A DNA stretch of 64,000 nucleotides from Octopus sinensis (lineage: Eukaryota). The position numbers and the translations under genes are program-made. The stretch is taken from assembly GCF_006345805.1 (NCBI RefSeq), contig NC_043006.1, positions 12,338,001 through 12,402,000 on the forward strand, written 5' to 3'. The notes beneath the pieces were generated by a model that saw only the letters and a list, made by a program, of their open reading frames with translations, did not search any database and had not been told where the DNA came from. Shown here in pieces: positions 1 through 12,833 of this stretch (position 1 is the first letter of the stretch; each line of letters begins with the position of its first letter).

Positions 1-821
1 GATATGTATAATTAAATGAATCACGAAATAATTCCTTTTGCGTAAATATTTAATCGCTACAGTGTTCTTGAAACAACGATGACAATTTTCCATATAATAT
101 AATGAAGCTCTGGAAAAAAAAAACAAACAGTAATTTAAAAAAGAAAAAAGCTAGAAAAATATTATAGATTTATTTAGTTTGCTAGTTATGATTATAGCCT
201 CTACTTCGTCTATCGTATGAACAGATTTACTTCATTGTTTCTTTATTCAACTTATTCTACAATGACAGATTGTAAATAACGAATATTATTTTCTTTTCAC
301 GTTCATTGCTCCGAATAATAGAAAGCATTCGCTGTAAATCTCGAGTGGTATTCGCATTTCTGTTTTCATGTTTCCTTTTATAACAATAAAAAGAATTGTT
401 GATGCTCTGCCAAGCTGAAAACGTTATCCTCAGAGATTTTGGATTAGCACTAGCATCTTTTGTGGCAATGAGCTGAAATCTCAACGTTGGTATAACAATT
501 CCATTGTTTATTCTTACAAGGGATTTCCTTCTACATCATTTATTATATTCGATGATAAAATAAGTAGCTATACATGCAGTTGGACATGTTTGGAGTTTAT
601 CGATGTAAGTAGTCATTTATTATTTATTAGAGCAAGCTTTAGTACAATAATACGTCCGAAAAATATTTTATGCTCTCTTCTTTTATTCTTATATCCTGCT
701 TCAGGCACGCCTGAAGCCTTGAGGTTTTCCGTTGACAAATCAATCCCAGTCTGCCATGTTGTCGCGCAGCTAGGTTATGGGGACTTAGACAAAACAAAGC
801 CAGTTGCCAATAAGTGTTAAG

Positions 822-856
<35 letters not shown>

Positions 857-861
857 TCAGA

Positions 862-1089
862 CGCCATGATAGATCGTTAGCCACTACACACATTTTTTTC
901 TTTACTTTTTTTCTCTCCTTATTTCTCTCCTTTTTTTCCTGTGTCCCTTTCTGTAGAAGAGCCTAGGCTCGAAACGTAAAAAACGTAAAAGACTTTTTCT
1001 ATTTTCAATTATTTTCTATTATACTAATACATCTGTTTGTTTTCTACACCACCTGTCTTCGTCTCTTGTTTTTTTTTGTGAACTGTCCC
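862..1089 (+). mobile_element. Short ORF-less HHR-bearing element, family F (subfamily F1), probable PLE-derived terminal-repeat unit
   Basis: Homologous by eye to 49760-49967, 62930-63111 and 63128-63333. Lies between (TG)n and (TA)n and carries an HHR-like motif at 947-993. Confidence 0.75.
947..993 (+). ncRNA. Minimal type-I hammerhead-like motif with variant core CUGUAGA
   Basis: cuuu-CUGUAGA(951-957)-a-GAGC cuag GCUC-GAAA(971-974)-CG-UA|aaa. A 9-nt duplication (aaacgtaaa) spans the predicted cleavage site. Confidence 0.55.
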
Positions 1090-1099
1090 TATATATATT

Positions 1100-1325
1100 T
1101 TTTTTTATTGCCCACAGGGGCAAACACAGAGTGGACAAACAAGGACAGAGAAATGGATTAAGTCGATTACATCAACCTCAGTGCGTAACTGGTACTTATT
1201 TAATCGACCCCGAAAGGATGAAAGGCAAAGTCGACCTCGGCGGAATTTGAACTCAGAACGTAACGGCAGACCAAATACTGCTAAGCATTTCACCCGGCGT
1301 GCTAACGACTCTGCCAGCTCGCCGC
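1100..1325 (-). mobile_element. tRNA-derived SINE family A (monomer)
   Basis: Minus strand: head gcggcgagctggcagagtcgttagcacgccggg, B-box-like gagttcaaattcc, central gcctttcatcctttcggggtcgat motif. More than 15 related copies in the window. Confidence 0.85.
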
Positions 1326-1953
1326 GCGTGTATGTATATATGTACGTACGTATGTATGTATGCATATTGTACTGTTTGCATCGTTGTGGAATCATCAAAA
1401 AATGTTCAATGCATTCAGAAAGAAGGACATAACGAAAACTAAAGTTTTATGCAAGACACTCAATTTTTTTCTTGCATTCCTCACATCTTGTGTTTAACTC
1501 CTGCATGTATTAAATGATACGTCTCTGTCTCTCCCCCACCGTCTCTCTCTGGAAGACACTTACACAACCCACCTGAGCAACAGGACCCGACTCGAAGGAA
1601 CATGGTTGCGAAGGAAGGTTTTCAACAGCGCTGTTGAATTGAATTCGCTGAGAAGTTTATTGAGAAATAAATAAACATCATTAGTTTATTTGTGAGTAAA
1701 ATATTGCCTATATTCTTTAGTAGGTTGAGTACTTGTTTAACTACAGGTGGGATTCGATGAGTAGCTCTATGACGAAAAGCATTCATTCAAAGGCTATCTC
1801 GTTGAATATTTGAATAATTAGATACTCTTCACTTTATGAAGCTAGGTGGTCTTCTCCGAGACTTTATTGTGGGGTTTGAGACATTAATTTCTCTTAGGTT
1901 GATCGATAACACATTTATTCACAAACATCGTAATATTCATACCCCTAAATATA

Positions 1954-2214
1954 AATATAAACAAAATAAATGCGCCCTTTTTAAAGCCTAGCCAGACTCA
2001 TGGGCCCCGTTTCCCGGTTTCTATGGCGTATGTGTTCCCCAGCTGGACGGGAGGCCAGTCCATCGCAGTGTTACTCAATTTTGCCAGCTGAGTGGACTGG
2101 AGCAACGTGAAATGTTTTGCTCAAGGACACAACGCGTCGCCCGGTCCAGGAATCGAAACCACAATCTTACAATCATGATGCTGACACCCTAACCACTAAG
2201 CCACGCGCCTCCAC
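1954..2214 (-). mobile_element. tRNA-derived SINE family D, full length
   Basis: Head gtggaggcgcgtggcttagtggttagg (A box) and ggtttcgattcc (B box); V-domain-like gcgatggactgg motif; 13-bp TSD acccctaaatata at 1941-1953 and 2215-2227. Confidence 0.9.
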
Positions 2215-2433
2215 ACCCCTAAATATACAATCATGTAAAAAGTAGACACAACGTTGCTGGCACATGCTCTGCTAGAAATAGCACCTCACCACCTACAAAT
2301 CAAGCTCAAACGTTCAAAAAGCACAATAAGTAAATACTGGATAATGCAACACTATATATGTCATACCGGTAAAAAGAAAGACAGGATGGTCACAGTTATT
2401 TTGTTATAGTTATGCTGATTTAGTGCTGCCCTG

Positions 2434-2737
2434 TTGTTTGTTCATTCTCGAGCCATGCTTGGCTCATAAGGGCCGGTTTTCCGGTTTCCTTGGCGTATAG
2501 GATCCCCACCTGGACGGGACGCCAGTCCATCGCAGGTGCGCTGCAAGATGCAGAAGGAAGAGTGAGATAAAGTTGTGGCAAAAGATTCAGCAGAAGTTCA
2601 CCATTACCTTCTGACGGAGCCGCGTAGAGCTTAGGTGTTTCGCTCACAAGCACACACATCACCCTGTCTGAGATTCGAATCTGCGATCCCTCGACCACGA
2701 GTCCGCTGCTCTAATCACTAGGCCATGTGCCTCCACG
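2434..2737 (-). mobile_element. Chimeric SINE E (family-C head plus family-D tail)
   Basis: 5' part resembles 5669-5850; 3' part resembles the D tail (cctgcgatggactggcgtcccgtccag). 13-bp TSD tagtgctgccctg at 2421-2433 and 2738-2750. Confidence 0.85.
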
Positions 2738-2812
2738 TAGTGCTGCCCTGGGATTTAAGAAGTGCAATACAATAAATAAATGTTAGATTCACTGTCACGC
2801 TTACTCACACAC

Positions 2813-2948
<136 letters not shown>

Positions 2949-3374
2949 CAGACAGACAGAAATAATACTCCCTATAAACACATGTTTATATATAGAGAAT
3001 CATACGTATATTAATACACATACATACAGAGCCACACACGCATGTACCACTCACTCATTTCAATTATCCCCTACAATTTCCATAACAGTAGCCATCGAAG
3101 AGATGCTGCTCCATCAGTACTAACTGCTTCTATCCGTAACAGAGCCAGTTGCTTTACTCCCTATAACATTTTACAAAATTTACAAAATATAGGTCTATTA
3201 CAAACTTCATCCAACGCTATAAGACCTGGATTTTATTTTATGAGAACAAAGCACGAGTAGGTTTATAGAATACCGCTGTGTTTACCCCGTATATGTTATT
3301 TAGTTTTATCTTAACTGAAGAATGGTTCAGCTTTGTGGTTAAGGTGTTTCCTGAGAAACCAACGTGTTTCGAAT

Positions 3375-4040
3375 TTTGTCATAAAGTGCTACTGAAAATT
3401 TGAAAATGCAGTCAAAGACAGTTTAGGAGCGATTTTCAAACAGAACCCCCTATGTGATTTACCAGCAAGCAAATTAGAGAGAGATTTGAAGACGTTCTCA
3501 AAGAATGTTCCAGAAAATCGCAACCACCGACGAGCCAGACTAAAACAAGGAATAGTGCAACAAACTTATAGTGAGACTTCAAGTAAATGTATGCGGCAAA
3601 CAACTTGTGAGATAGGGATTTCAAAATCAAATTTTTATTCCATTCTGAAGCACTGTCATTGGAAAATTTACATTGCCATAATTGTCAATAGAGACGATTC
3701 GGACCAAAGAGTGCAGTTTTGCGAATAAAATGTGCAGAATATGCAGAATATGCACATTTTTCAACAAATGTTGTTTAGAATGAGGAGACTATATCTAAAT
3801 TAAATGATTCGATTAACCGCTACAAGAATTCAAATATTAAGGAGGAATATCATGTTAATTTGCTTGGAGTTAGAGTATGATGCGGATTATCAATTGGATT
3901 AAGTGAACCATTCATTTTTGTTACTGTCCTGTGACTGGCCCCATTTGCTTGAACTCACTACGACTGTCTTTAATGCCAAGCATTGAAGAACAATTCGGAG
4001 ATGTGGTGTTCTATTTCTAGGAAGATAGAGCACTGGCTCA
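3375..4040 (+). pseudogene. Decayed IS630-Tc1-mariner transposase (rosa/DD41D-like, DUF4817-type N-terminus)
   Basis: Broken frames give IKCY*KFENAV..QFRSDFQTEPP..QIRERFE, EIGISKS..ILK..WKIY..DDSDQRVQFCE, EPFIF..VTG and YF*EDRALAH (compare FQQDGAPAH). Several stops and frameshifts; no TIRs found. Confidence 0.7.
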
Positions 4041-4829
4041 CACACACACATCACACCACGCACACACTCAAATATATAGTGGAGTATGCGTGTGTGTTCG
4101 TGTTCGTCTGTATATGTGTATGTTTATCTTTTATAGTTGTTGTCCACTCACTTCAAAATTAGAAAATGAAAAAAAAATTGGAAGAAACTACGTCTCATAC
4201 AAAAAAAAACTGTAATGTTATTCATCTACTCTAGTTAAAATTAAAGACAGCATAATCCACTATCCAATGGCACCTTAATGCACTCCAATTTACTTCCAAA
4301 TAACGGTGGAATCAGACTTTTCCTTTCAAAGAACTACAAAATTTTATTTTCAGTGTTAACAACGTAAAAATACAATGGAGTAATTTGATAATGTGGTCCT
4401 AGATACCTTGTGTCTGACAAATAACGTGAACGGCATTAATAATAGTCTTGATCAATCAGAGTCGATCTGAACACTACTGTCTCACTAATTTGCAAATGAC
4501 CAAACATTAGCGATGTTACCAGTGTTTGTGTATAAAGGTATGGACAACCTTTGTCAAGGAATGGGCCGCATGAGACATAACTCAGCTTCAGACACTGCAT
4601 CACTAAGAAATTGTAAATATTTTTCCTTGGGCATGCTATTCAGAAAGGGCGGCGGGCTGCATTTTGCTCAGGGCTAACGTACAACTTCAATGGCCATTAT
4701 GCTTGGTACAGATCTCTCCGTGGAATAAGGACTGTTCACATTACCCTTTTTTCTTTCCCTTTTCTATGGAAACTGGAAAACAGAATCTGCAATGAAGTGG
4801 TCATACCGTTATACACAGACTAGAAAGTT

Positions 4830-5240
4830 GGATCTTTTAGGTTTCAACGGCAGTTTTTAACATAATTTCTAGGTAACTAAAAAATTTTAAACTTCGTATA
4901 CTGGTAGAATGTGTTTATAAATCATCTTTTTCTCTTGCCTTTATTGAGAAAATTCTATAGTTTGTAAGATATTTGTTGTTTTTTTCTTCAATTTCTACAA
5001 TTTCAACCAATCACTGACGTCCATTGAAGTAAACAACATTCTGTGCCGTATAAATATGTCCCTCGTTTAAGAAACAGATTGGGTTTATTTACATTTTACA
5101 AAAAGATACCCTTACCCTTACCCCTAACCCTAACCCTAAAATAGATTGAAATGCAATAGATCGATACTAGGGTCATAATTATGGGTGATAATTTCATATC
5201 ACACCGCAAGAAAAAACTGCCGTTCAAACCGAAAAGATCC
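4830..5240. mobile_element. Non-autonomous DNA transposon (MITE) with 29-bp TIRs and internal telomere-like repeats
   Basis: ggatcttttaggtttcaacggcagttttt (4830-4858) is inverted at 5212-5240 with 2 mismatches. 7-bp TSD gaaagtt at 4823-4829 and 5241-5247; CCCTAA-like units at about 5109-5139. Confidence 0.9.
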
Positions 5241-5258
5241 GAAAGTTGTTCTAAATTT

Positions 5259-5492
5259 AAGGTGGTGAACTGGCAGAAACGTTAGCACGCCGGCCGAAAT
5301 GCTTAGCGGCGTTTCGTCTTCCGCTACGTTCTGAGTTCAAATTCCACCGAGGTTGACTTTGCCTTTCATCCTTTCGGGGTCGATTAAATAAGTACCAGTT
5401 ACGCACTGGGGTCGATATAATCGACTTCATCCGTTTGTCTGCCCTTGTTTGTCCCCTCTATGTTTAGCCCCTTGTGGGCAATAAAGAAATAA
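5259..5492 (+). mobile_element. SINE family A (monomer)
   Basis: Full head-to-tail copy; imperfect 18-bp flanking duplication at 5241-5258 and 5493-5510. Confidence 0.85.
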
Positions 5493-5668
5493 GAAACTTG
5501 TTCTGAATTTGTCAACCTGACTGATTACCTGCACGAAATGTATCCACGGGTCATATTAATTAAATCAAACGACAGAGGAAATCTACAGTGGAAGAATTCG
5601 AATGTTTCGATTTTCTTTAGACATAATCCACGAAGACAATGATTTACCACCCTGCTATTAATAGCCCA

Positions 5669-6058
5669 GGAGGCGCAATGACCCAGTGGTTAGGGAAGCG
5701 GACTCGCGGTCATAGGATCGCGGTTTCGATTCCCAGACCGGGTGTTGTGAGTGTTTATTCAGCGAAAACACCTAAAGCTCCACGAGCCTCCGGCAGGGGA
5801 TGGTGGTGATCCCTGCTGTACTCTTTCACCACAACTTTCTCTCACTCTTACTTCCTGTTTCTGTTCTACCCGTATTTCAAAGGGCCGGCCTTGTCACTCT
5901 CTGTGTCACGCTGAATATCCCCGAGAACTACGTTAAGGGTACACGTGTCTGTGGAGTGCTCAGCCACTTACACGTTAATTTCACGAGCAGGCTGTTCCGT
6001 TGATTCGGATCAACCGGAACCCTCGTCGTCGTACACCGACGGAGTGCTTCCATTCCAC
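5669..6058 (+). mobile_element. tRNA-derived SINE family C, full length
   Basis: A box (tgacccagtggttagg) and B box (ggtttcgattccc); 12-bp TSD attaatagccca at 5657-5668 and 6059-6070. Confidence 0.9.
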
Positions 6059-6936
6059 ATTAATAGCCCAATAAACTAAGTTAGGTAATAGTTTGAGCGC
6101 GAAACATTTTACCAACGGAAATCCCCGACTGTCGTTTATAGTGGTATTGCACCGACAGTAATTCACCAACCATTATTTCCCCGATTAGTAAGAACCTTCT
6201 TTAAAAAGACCAAATATCTTGACTATGCTGGATGAAGAAAAGGATGGTTGCGAACCCCGAACTCAACGTGTCTATCGTTCTATACTTAAGAATATTGCTT
6301 CATATTAATTCAATTTAGAAATTCTTTTAAAATTTCATCAGTAATTTCATAATTTGAAAATCAATTTTGTGAGTAATAAGTGTTTATATTTGATGTTGCT
6401 AAGCCTTATTTAAAATCATGTTATTGATTAATAATTTTCCATCGATGGATACGTTAATCAACCAATTGGCTGTCGATGAATTTACTAATCAAGGAACTAC
6501 TGGTCAATAATCTGCTGCCGCCCAATCTTCCTGTGGCTACATCAGTGAGTCTTCTGTATTTTCAAGACTGAAATATTTCACTGCTTGTTTTATTTAATTT
6601 TCTTCTTTCATTCCCTTTTATCGTTTCAGTCATTTCATTTACTATGGCCATGCTGGACCACCGACTTCAGACCACTTTAGTTCGTCATTATTGATTCCAG
6701 CAAATATTTCAGCCTGGTACGTATTTTAACGATCACTAGTGTATGGAATTTCTAAGATACTATTCACGGAAATCGATGCCTCATTTTATACCAATGCGCA
6801 TATAGATAAATAAGTAGAAGCTCTCACACACATATATACAACCACACATATATACATACACACAAGTATTAGTGTGTCTGTATTTCTGCAGACCCGTATA
6901 AAACAAAGTACAGATGTGCCTGAGAGATAACTAAGC

Positions 6937-6968
<32 letters not shown>

Positions 6969-7006
6969 TGTATGTATGTATGTATGTATGTATGTATGTA
7001 TATATG

Positions 7007-7038
<32 letters not shown>

Positions 7039-7066
7039 AATGTATGTATGTATGTATGTATGTTTG

Positions 7067-7100
<34 letters not shown>

Positions 7101-7304
7101 TGAATGTATGTATGTATGTATGTATGTATGTATGTACGTATGTCTGTATGTATGTACGAATGTATGTATGTATGTATGTATGTTTGTATATATGTATGTA
7201 TGTATGTATGTATGTTTGTATATATGTATGTATGTATGTATATATGTATGTATGTATATATATATATGTATGTATGTATGTTTGTATATATGTATGCATG
7301 TATG

Positions 7305-7338
<34 letters not shown>

Positions 7339-7425
7339 TGTATGTATGTATGTATGTATGTATGTATGTATGTATGTATGTTTGTATATATGTATGTATA
7401 TATGTATGTATATATGTATGTATAT
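6937..7425. repeat. Long (TATG)n compound microsatellite
   Basis: Read directly; accounts for the YVCM/HTYI ORFs. Confidence 0.95.
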
Positions 7426-7911
7426 GGGTGGATGCATTATGTACGTATACAAAGTTACTTTGTGAAGGTAGGTGGTCTTTTGGCTAGAGTGTTGGGCTCA
7501 TAGCCATAAGGTAGCGTTGTGTCCTTACAGCATCAATGTAGTGGCATTAAAATTACAGCTTGTTACGAACACCTAGTTAACATTGACTTGCAAGTAATAA
7601 TAATAATTCATATATGATATATATATATATTTATATATACACTCACCGAACTTGCTGCGAGATATCATTTAGAGAGTCTTTGTAATAAGGCTGGGTGTTA
7701 AACCATTTAAAAGTCATAGACCATGCAAGAGAACTTGATATTTCGCTGTTATTCTGGTTTATAAACACCGCACACTTTGGTCGAACCGAAGACGAACTGA
7801 ATTCCTGGTTTATTACTATATACGAACAGTGCAAATACTATGAAAACCATTTGATGATGTGCCACGCCGATGCACATCAGAAATTTACTTAAAACACGAA
7901 GTGTCTGTATG

Positions 7912-8022
7912 AGCGTCTGTGTGGTACGTTGCTTACTTCCAAACTGAATAGTTCTGGGTTCGGCTCCATGTGTGGCAGCCTTGTGAGTGGATTTGTTAGA
8001 CACAAACTGAAAGAGATCCGTC

Positions 8023-8023
<1 letters not shown>
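7912..8023 (+). mobile_element. Degenerate 5' half of SINE family B ending at its internal (TA)n
   Basis: gccttgtgagtggatttgttagacacaaactgaaagagatccgtcg matches family B (compare 42037-42080). Confidence 0.7.
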
Positions 8024-8060
<37 letters not shown>

Positions 8061-8223
8061 GTTTATATATTCATTTTGCAAGATTCTTGATGTGAATTCG
8101 TGTATTGAAACAAATATTGTGGTATTTGGGGACGGTCTTGTTGCCAGTTTAGTAAATAAAAACACACGCACTATATATTTGGTGTTCATTTGCTTCAGCT
8201 TTATTTTATATCAATCGCATTTC

Positions 8224-8268
8224 GGCCAGAGTTCTTTCGTCACACTTCTGTGACCTCGTCAGTGGTCC
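8224..8268 (-). ncRNA. Minimal type-I hammerhead ribozyme motif
   Basis: Minus strand: ggacca-CUGACGA-g-GUCACA gaag UGUGAC-GAAA-G aa C-UC|uggcc. Confidence 0.7.
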
Positions 8269-8343
8269 TTTGATTTCTTCTTTCTATTTTTGTGGCTGAT
8301 CATTAGTAAGGAAAAACAGACAATAAAGACAGAAGAAATCAAA

Positions 8344-8388
8344 GGACCACTGACGACGTCACAGAAGTGTGACGAAAGAACTCTGGCC
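8344..8388 (+). ncRNA. Minimal type-I hammerhead ribozyme motif
   Basis: CUGACGA at 8350-8356, 6-bp stem II GUCACA/UGUGAC, GAAA at 8374-8377, predicted CUC| after 8383. Confidence 0.7.
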
Positions 8389-8509
8389 GAAATACAATTA
8401 ATATAAAATAAAGCTGAAGCAAATGAACGCCAAATATATAGTGCGTGTGTTTTTACTGGCTAAACTGGCAACAAGACCGTCCCCAAGTACCACAATATAT
8501 ATATATATA

Positions 8510-8841
8510 ACAATGATAAATCTCAGAGCGAGTTATAAACAGTAGCGGTAACACATCGTGACGCATATTTGCCATTTGAATATGGCAAATATGTATTTGT
8601 GAGGGAAACTGAATTCTCGTCGACAACTATGATTGTCATACGCCGATGATAGGTAAATACCTTGAAACTCGAGTCCGTGTGTATCATAAGTTGAAGACGG
8701 GAAGGATGACTTCCCTTCACAAATACTGATAGGACACAGAAAGTGTGTCTATGGCCAGCTGGAGGAGGTATCTTCATGGGGCTACAAACTACAGTAGCAT
8801 CCACCCTTAGGGGTTAGCCATATTCAAATGGCAAATATGCG

Positions 8842-8845
<4 letters not shown>
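8510..8845. mobile_element. Second PLE-like element (different lineage) with 29-bp inverted arms and an internal HHR
   Basis: gtgacgcatatttgccatttgaatatggc (8558-8586) is inverted at about 8818-8845; tail at 8510-8557; (TA)n on both sides. Confidence 0.75.
8637..8681 (+). ncRNA. Type-I hammerhead motif with U4C core change
   Basis: CAUACG-CCGAUGA-u AGGU aaau ACCU u-GAAA-CUCGAG-UC|CGUGUG: 6-bp stem I, palindromic stem III ACUCGAGU, GUC triplet. Confidence 0.7.
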
Positions 8846-8880
<35 letters not shown>

Positions 8881-8897
8881 CCAAACAAACACAGAAA

Positions 8898-8931
<34 letters not shown>

Positions 8932-9577
8932 TCCTTCATTGTGGAAAATATGAACCTAAAGCCAGCAGTAAGGAACCCAGAACCGCAATGACGTGGTTCC
9001 GGGATCAATACTGCCACGGCTGCAACTGTTCCTGTATAAGTAATTTACTGAATTGTTGTTACTTATATTCAGCCCCAGCTCTAACCGGAACAAGGAATTG
9101 AAGGATCAAATTCATTCAAGTTGCAATTATCCTATATATATATTTATACGGCAAATCTTTCAGAGAAATATATGGTATATTACCGTCTCAAATGCCCTCC
9201 TATTTTTAGATTTAAGAATGTCTTGACTGCTATTTTTAGCAGACTGTGTGGCCACATAGAAGCCCTCACATCCCTGTCGTTTCTTCTCAACCTGCCACTC
9301 CTTCAGTAGTATCTAAGAGATGATATTCTCGTTTAAGATTATTGTTATTTTAAAGGTTTGACGGCTAATATAGAAGACTCCCTCGTCAGCTCTTACGTTG
9401 ACGTGATGCTCTTCCAGGGGTCTCTAAAATACATTATCTAATGTGTTCTATTTTAAGAATGCACCTTAAAGATGATTTGGCTGCTATTTTTCCCGCTTAT
9501 GTGACCACATACAACATTCCTGACTTTGCTTTCTTGTCAATCTGGAAGCTTCTCAAAATGGTGTATATTAAAGCTCT

Positions 9578-9873
9578 TATTGAGCGAAAACACCTAAAAG
9601 TTCCACGAGGCTCCGGCAGGGGATGGTGGTGATCCCTGCTGTACTCTTTCACCACAACTTTCTCTCACTCTTACTTCCTGTTTCTGTTGTACGTGTATTT
9701 CAAGGGGCCGGCCTTGTCACTCTCTGTGTCACGCTGAATATCCCCGAGAACTACGTTAAGGGTACACGTGTCTGTGGAGTGCTCAGCCACTTACACGTTA
9801 ATTTCACGAGCAGGCTGTTCCGTTGATTCGGATCAACCGGAACCCTCGTCGCCGTAACCGACGGAGTGCTTCC
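9578..9873 (+). mobile_element. 5'-truncated SINE family C
   Basis: Near-identical to 5756-6052; 13-bp TSD atattaaagctct at 9565-9577 and 9874-9886. Confidence 0.9.
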
Positions 9874-11978
9874 ATATTAAAGCTCTATATTTTTTTTAAC
9901 AAAATAATTTCCATGTTCCGTTCACTGAGGACTGTTAATATTATTTTGTAGAGAACTGTAAATATATTCCGTATAATTCATTTATAGAAATATGCTTCGA
10001 GGTAATCGAATAACAATATTTTTTTCAGTGAACTGTGCCTAGTGGGGTTAATATAACAACATATCCTCGGCATAAAGTTATTTCGAGAATATTATTTTAT
10101 AGACAAGGCAGCTTTAACCGATATTTGTCATATGTGTTGTGTATTCAGAGATGGCGCTACTGTTTCAATCTATTTGTATATTTGGTAACTATCCGCCTTG
10201 TTTGAAATAAATGGAGATTGCTTTAGAAGTAAGTGGAATTTTAACGATCTAGTTTATAATCTACTTTGTATACTTTGCTTCGATGATAACATCATCTTCG
10301 TATCTGCAGATTAAGCATGCAGGGATTTATTTATTCATTGATTGATTTCCTGTAGGTTTCTAGACGATATCTGAAGTCCGGGAGATAGGAAGTAATATTG
10401 TATATTAGGGCGAACTTTTGAACAATTGCTTTACAAATCATATAATGCATTCCATCCTTTTTTTTTTATTCATTCTTATCGTTTTATAGTTTAATCATTT
10501 ATCTATTGTATTTCTTGTGAATCTCAAATATTGGTGTGATACACAACAGATGTTTGCAATGATTTTTATTAGTTTGCAACCACAATTTCCTTTTGAACTA
10601 GACTCATCCAATTTCGTTATCCATATAGAAATATTAGTAGTTAATATATCGCTTTGTATAGTGTTGATATTTTAGATTTCCTTATCTTCGACAAATACAG
10701 AGACGATATTACTGCTGTGTATGTGTACACAGAAACAAACCACTGGCTAAATCGGATAAACTGTTCCTACGCTACTGTGTATTTATGATAAGAAATCTTA
10801 TGTATTAATCCTAATGTACTTACAGCATCTGTCTTCTAAAACAACAGATTAGGATAATCCGTTGAAATACAGATTTGCCGCTTGATTTGCAAATGTTCTT
10901 TGATCAAACATCAAGGAATATTATATCGCAATGAGTTCCTTTTGGGATTGTTATAAAAAGTGATTTGTAATTCAGATGTTTGCAAACTAGATTTTTTTTT
11001 GGTTATTGATGAAAGAAAATACGAATTTTATTATTATTCCTTCGTTTCAAAGCTCAGCTAGACATCAGTCGCACTAGACATATTTCTTTTTTTTTTTTTT
11101 TTGTAACTTAAGTCATAAAGAATTTACTGATAAGTGAAATTAATAATGTATTGAATATTTGTTTTACTTGTATGATCTTTTTTTTTTTTTTGATATTTTC
11201 TCAATATAGATTCGGAAATTATTTTCCACAGTTTTGTAATGCCATGTTTATAGAATCCATAAATGGAAAACAAAAACCCACACTGCACGTTTATAATCTT
11301 CAATCATTATTACATTTCTCCTTTGTTGCATCTCTTCAAACAGACCAATGTTATTTATGAAACGTTGTTCAACAGTAAAAAAAAGTCTTTTTCCCGAGTC
11401 CCTTCATTATTCAATATATTGTTGACTTCCCAACGATATTCCTGGAATTGATTCAAAGTCGTATGATAGAAGTATGCATTTATTACCATATATATACATA
11501 TATATACACTTGGATACTCTAATATCGCTGTGTCATCATTAGAATACCGTGTGATGTAAACCGGCATTTTTTTAAATGTTAATACACTTTTTATCGCTTA
11601 TAATATAGTGTATATATTCGTGTGTGAGAGTGTGTATGTGTGTGTATGAATGTGTGTGTGTGTGCGTGTGTGTGTCTGCACCTGACCTGTATAGACTTAC
11701 AAATTGATATATATTTGCACTTAAAAAAGTATATGTTCATAAATATATATACCTACAGATATACATCTCTCTCTTTCTCTCTCTCTCTATCTATCTAACT
11801 ACGTATCTATCTATCTACCTATCATCTTTCTATATATGTAGCTATCTGTCTATCATCTTGCTATCTATCTTTCTATCTATCTATCTGTCCACATACACAC
11901 ATATACGCATGCATATATATATTCCCATAAGCATGTGATATATTCATATATATGAATATATATAGGTACATATATATA

Positions 11979-12028
<50 letters not shown>

Positions 12029-12032
12029 TTAT

Positions 12033-12232
12033 CCTTTTGTTTCAGTCATTTGACTGCGGCCATGCTGGAGCAACACCTTTACTCGAACAAATCGACCACA
12101 GGATTTATTCTTTGTAAGTTTAGTTCTTACTCTACCAGCGACTTTTGTTGAACTTCTAAGTTACGGAGGCGGAAACACACCAACATTGGTTGTCGAGCGA
12201 TGGTGGGGGACAAACACAGACACAGAAACATG

Positions 12233-12240
<8 letters not shown>
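12033..12240 (-). mobile_element. 3' half of SINE family B
   Basis: tttcagtcatttgactgcggccatgctggagc...gggacaaacacagacac matches family B; ends in a microsatellite. Confidence 0.8.
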
Positions 12241-12271
<31 letters not shown>

Positions 12272-12453
12272 TGGTTTATCAGTTTATGTTGCAGGATTCC
12301 TGAAGTGAAAGAAGGTGTTGAAACATATTTCGGTATGGTTATTTTCTTTTTCTTTTGCCAGATAAACACACGTACTATATATTTGTTCTTCACTCATCTT
12401 TTACATTTCTTACTTTAATTTTTGTTCTTTTTTGTATTTTAACTCATGTCCAT

Positions 12454-12498
12454 TGTCTGGAAATCTTTCGTCATACGCCTGTGACCTCTTCAGCTACA
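12454..12498 (-). ncRNA. Type-I hammerhead motif
   Basis: Minus strand: uguag-CUGAAGA-g-GUCACA ggcg UAUGAC-GAAA-gauuUC|cagaca. Confidence 0.6.
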
Positions 12499-12584
12499 CT
12501 TTTCGATTTCGTATATGCTCTTGCTCCACTTACACCATTCTGTTCTTGGGTAAGTGGAGTAAGAGCATACACGAAAACGAAAAG

Positions 12585-12629
12585 TGTCGCTGCAGAGGTC
12601 ACAGATGTGTGACGAAAGATTTCAGGACA
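12585..12629 (+). ncRNA. Type-I hammerhead motif with A6C core change
   Basis: ugucg-CUGCAGA-g-GUCACA gaug UGUGAC-GAAA-gauuUC|aggaca. Confidence 0.55.
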
Positions 12630-12733
12630 ATGAACATGAGTTAAAATTAAAAAAAAATAAAAACAGTAATAAACGGGTGAAGAACAAATATAGTGCATGT
12701 GCCTATTTGACAAAAAAGTGACCATACCGGAAT

Positions 12734-12833
<100 letters not shown>

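Larger units (their letters stand above)
8058..8498. mobile_element. Fold-back PLE-like element with two HHR arms
   Basis: Inverted arms at about 8114-8293 and 8318-8498; extra 3' tail at 8058-8113 on the left arm; (TA)n on both sides. Confidence 0.85.

Noticed and set aside
4548-4690. Possible hAT-type MITE remnant (gggccgca motifs)
   Set aside because: TIRs and TSD could not be delimited.
5109-5139. Telomere or chromosome-fusion relic
   Set aside because: Only a few imperfect units, and they lie inside a TIR-bounded element.
5669-5745. tRNA-like sequences at SINE heads
   Set aside because: A and B boxes continue directly into SINE bodies with TSDs; no independent tRNA gene is supported.
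6931-7503. Long ORFs (173-187 aa) and similar YIYI/VCVC/HTYI ORFs throughout
   Set aside because: They are translations of (TATG)n, (TA)n and (CA)n tracts that lack stop codons.
5800-9826. Near-identical 67-aa ORF at 5800 and 9623
   Set aside because: Both lie inside SINE family C copies; the identity reflects recent retroposition.
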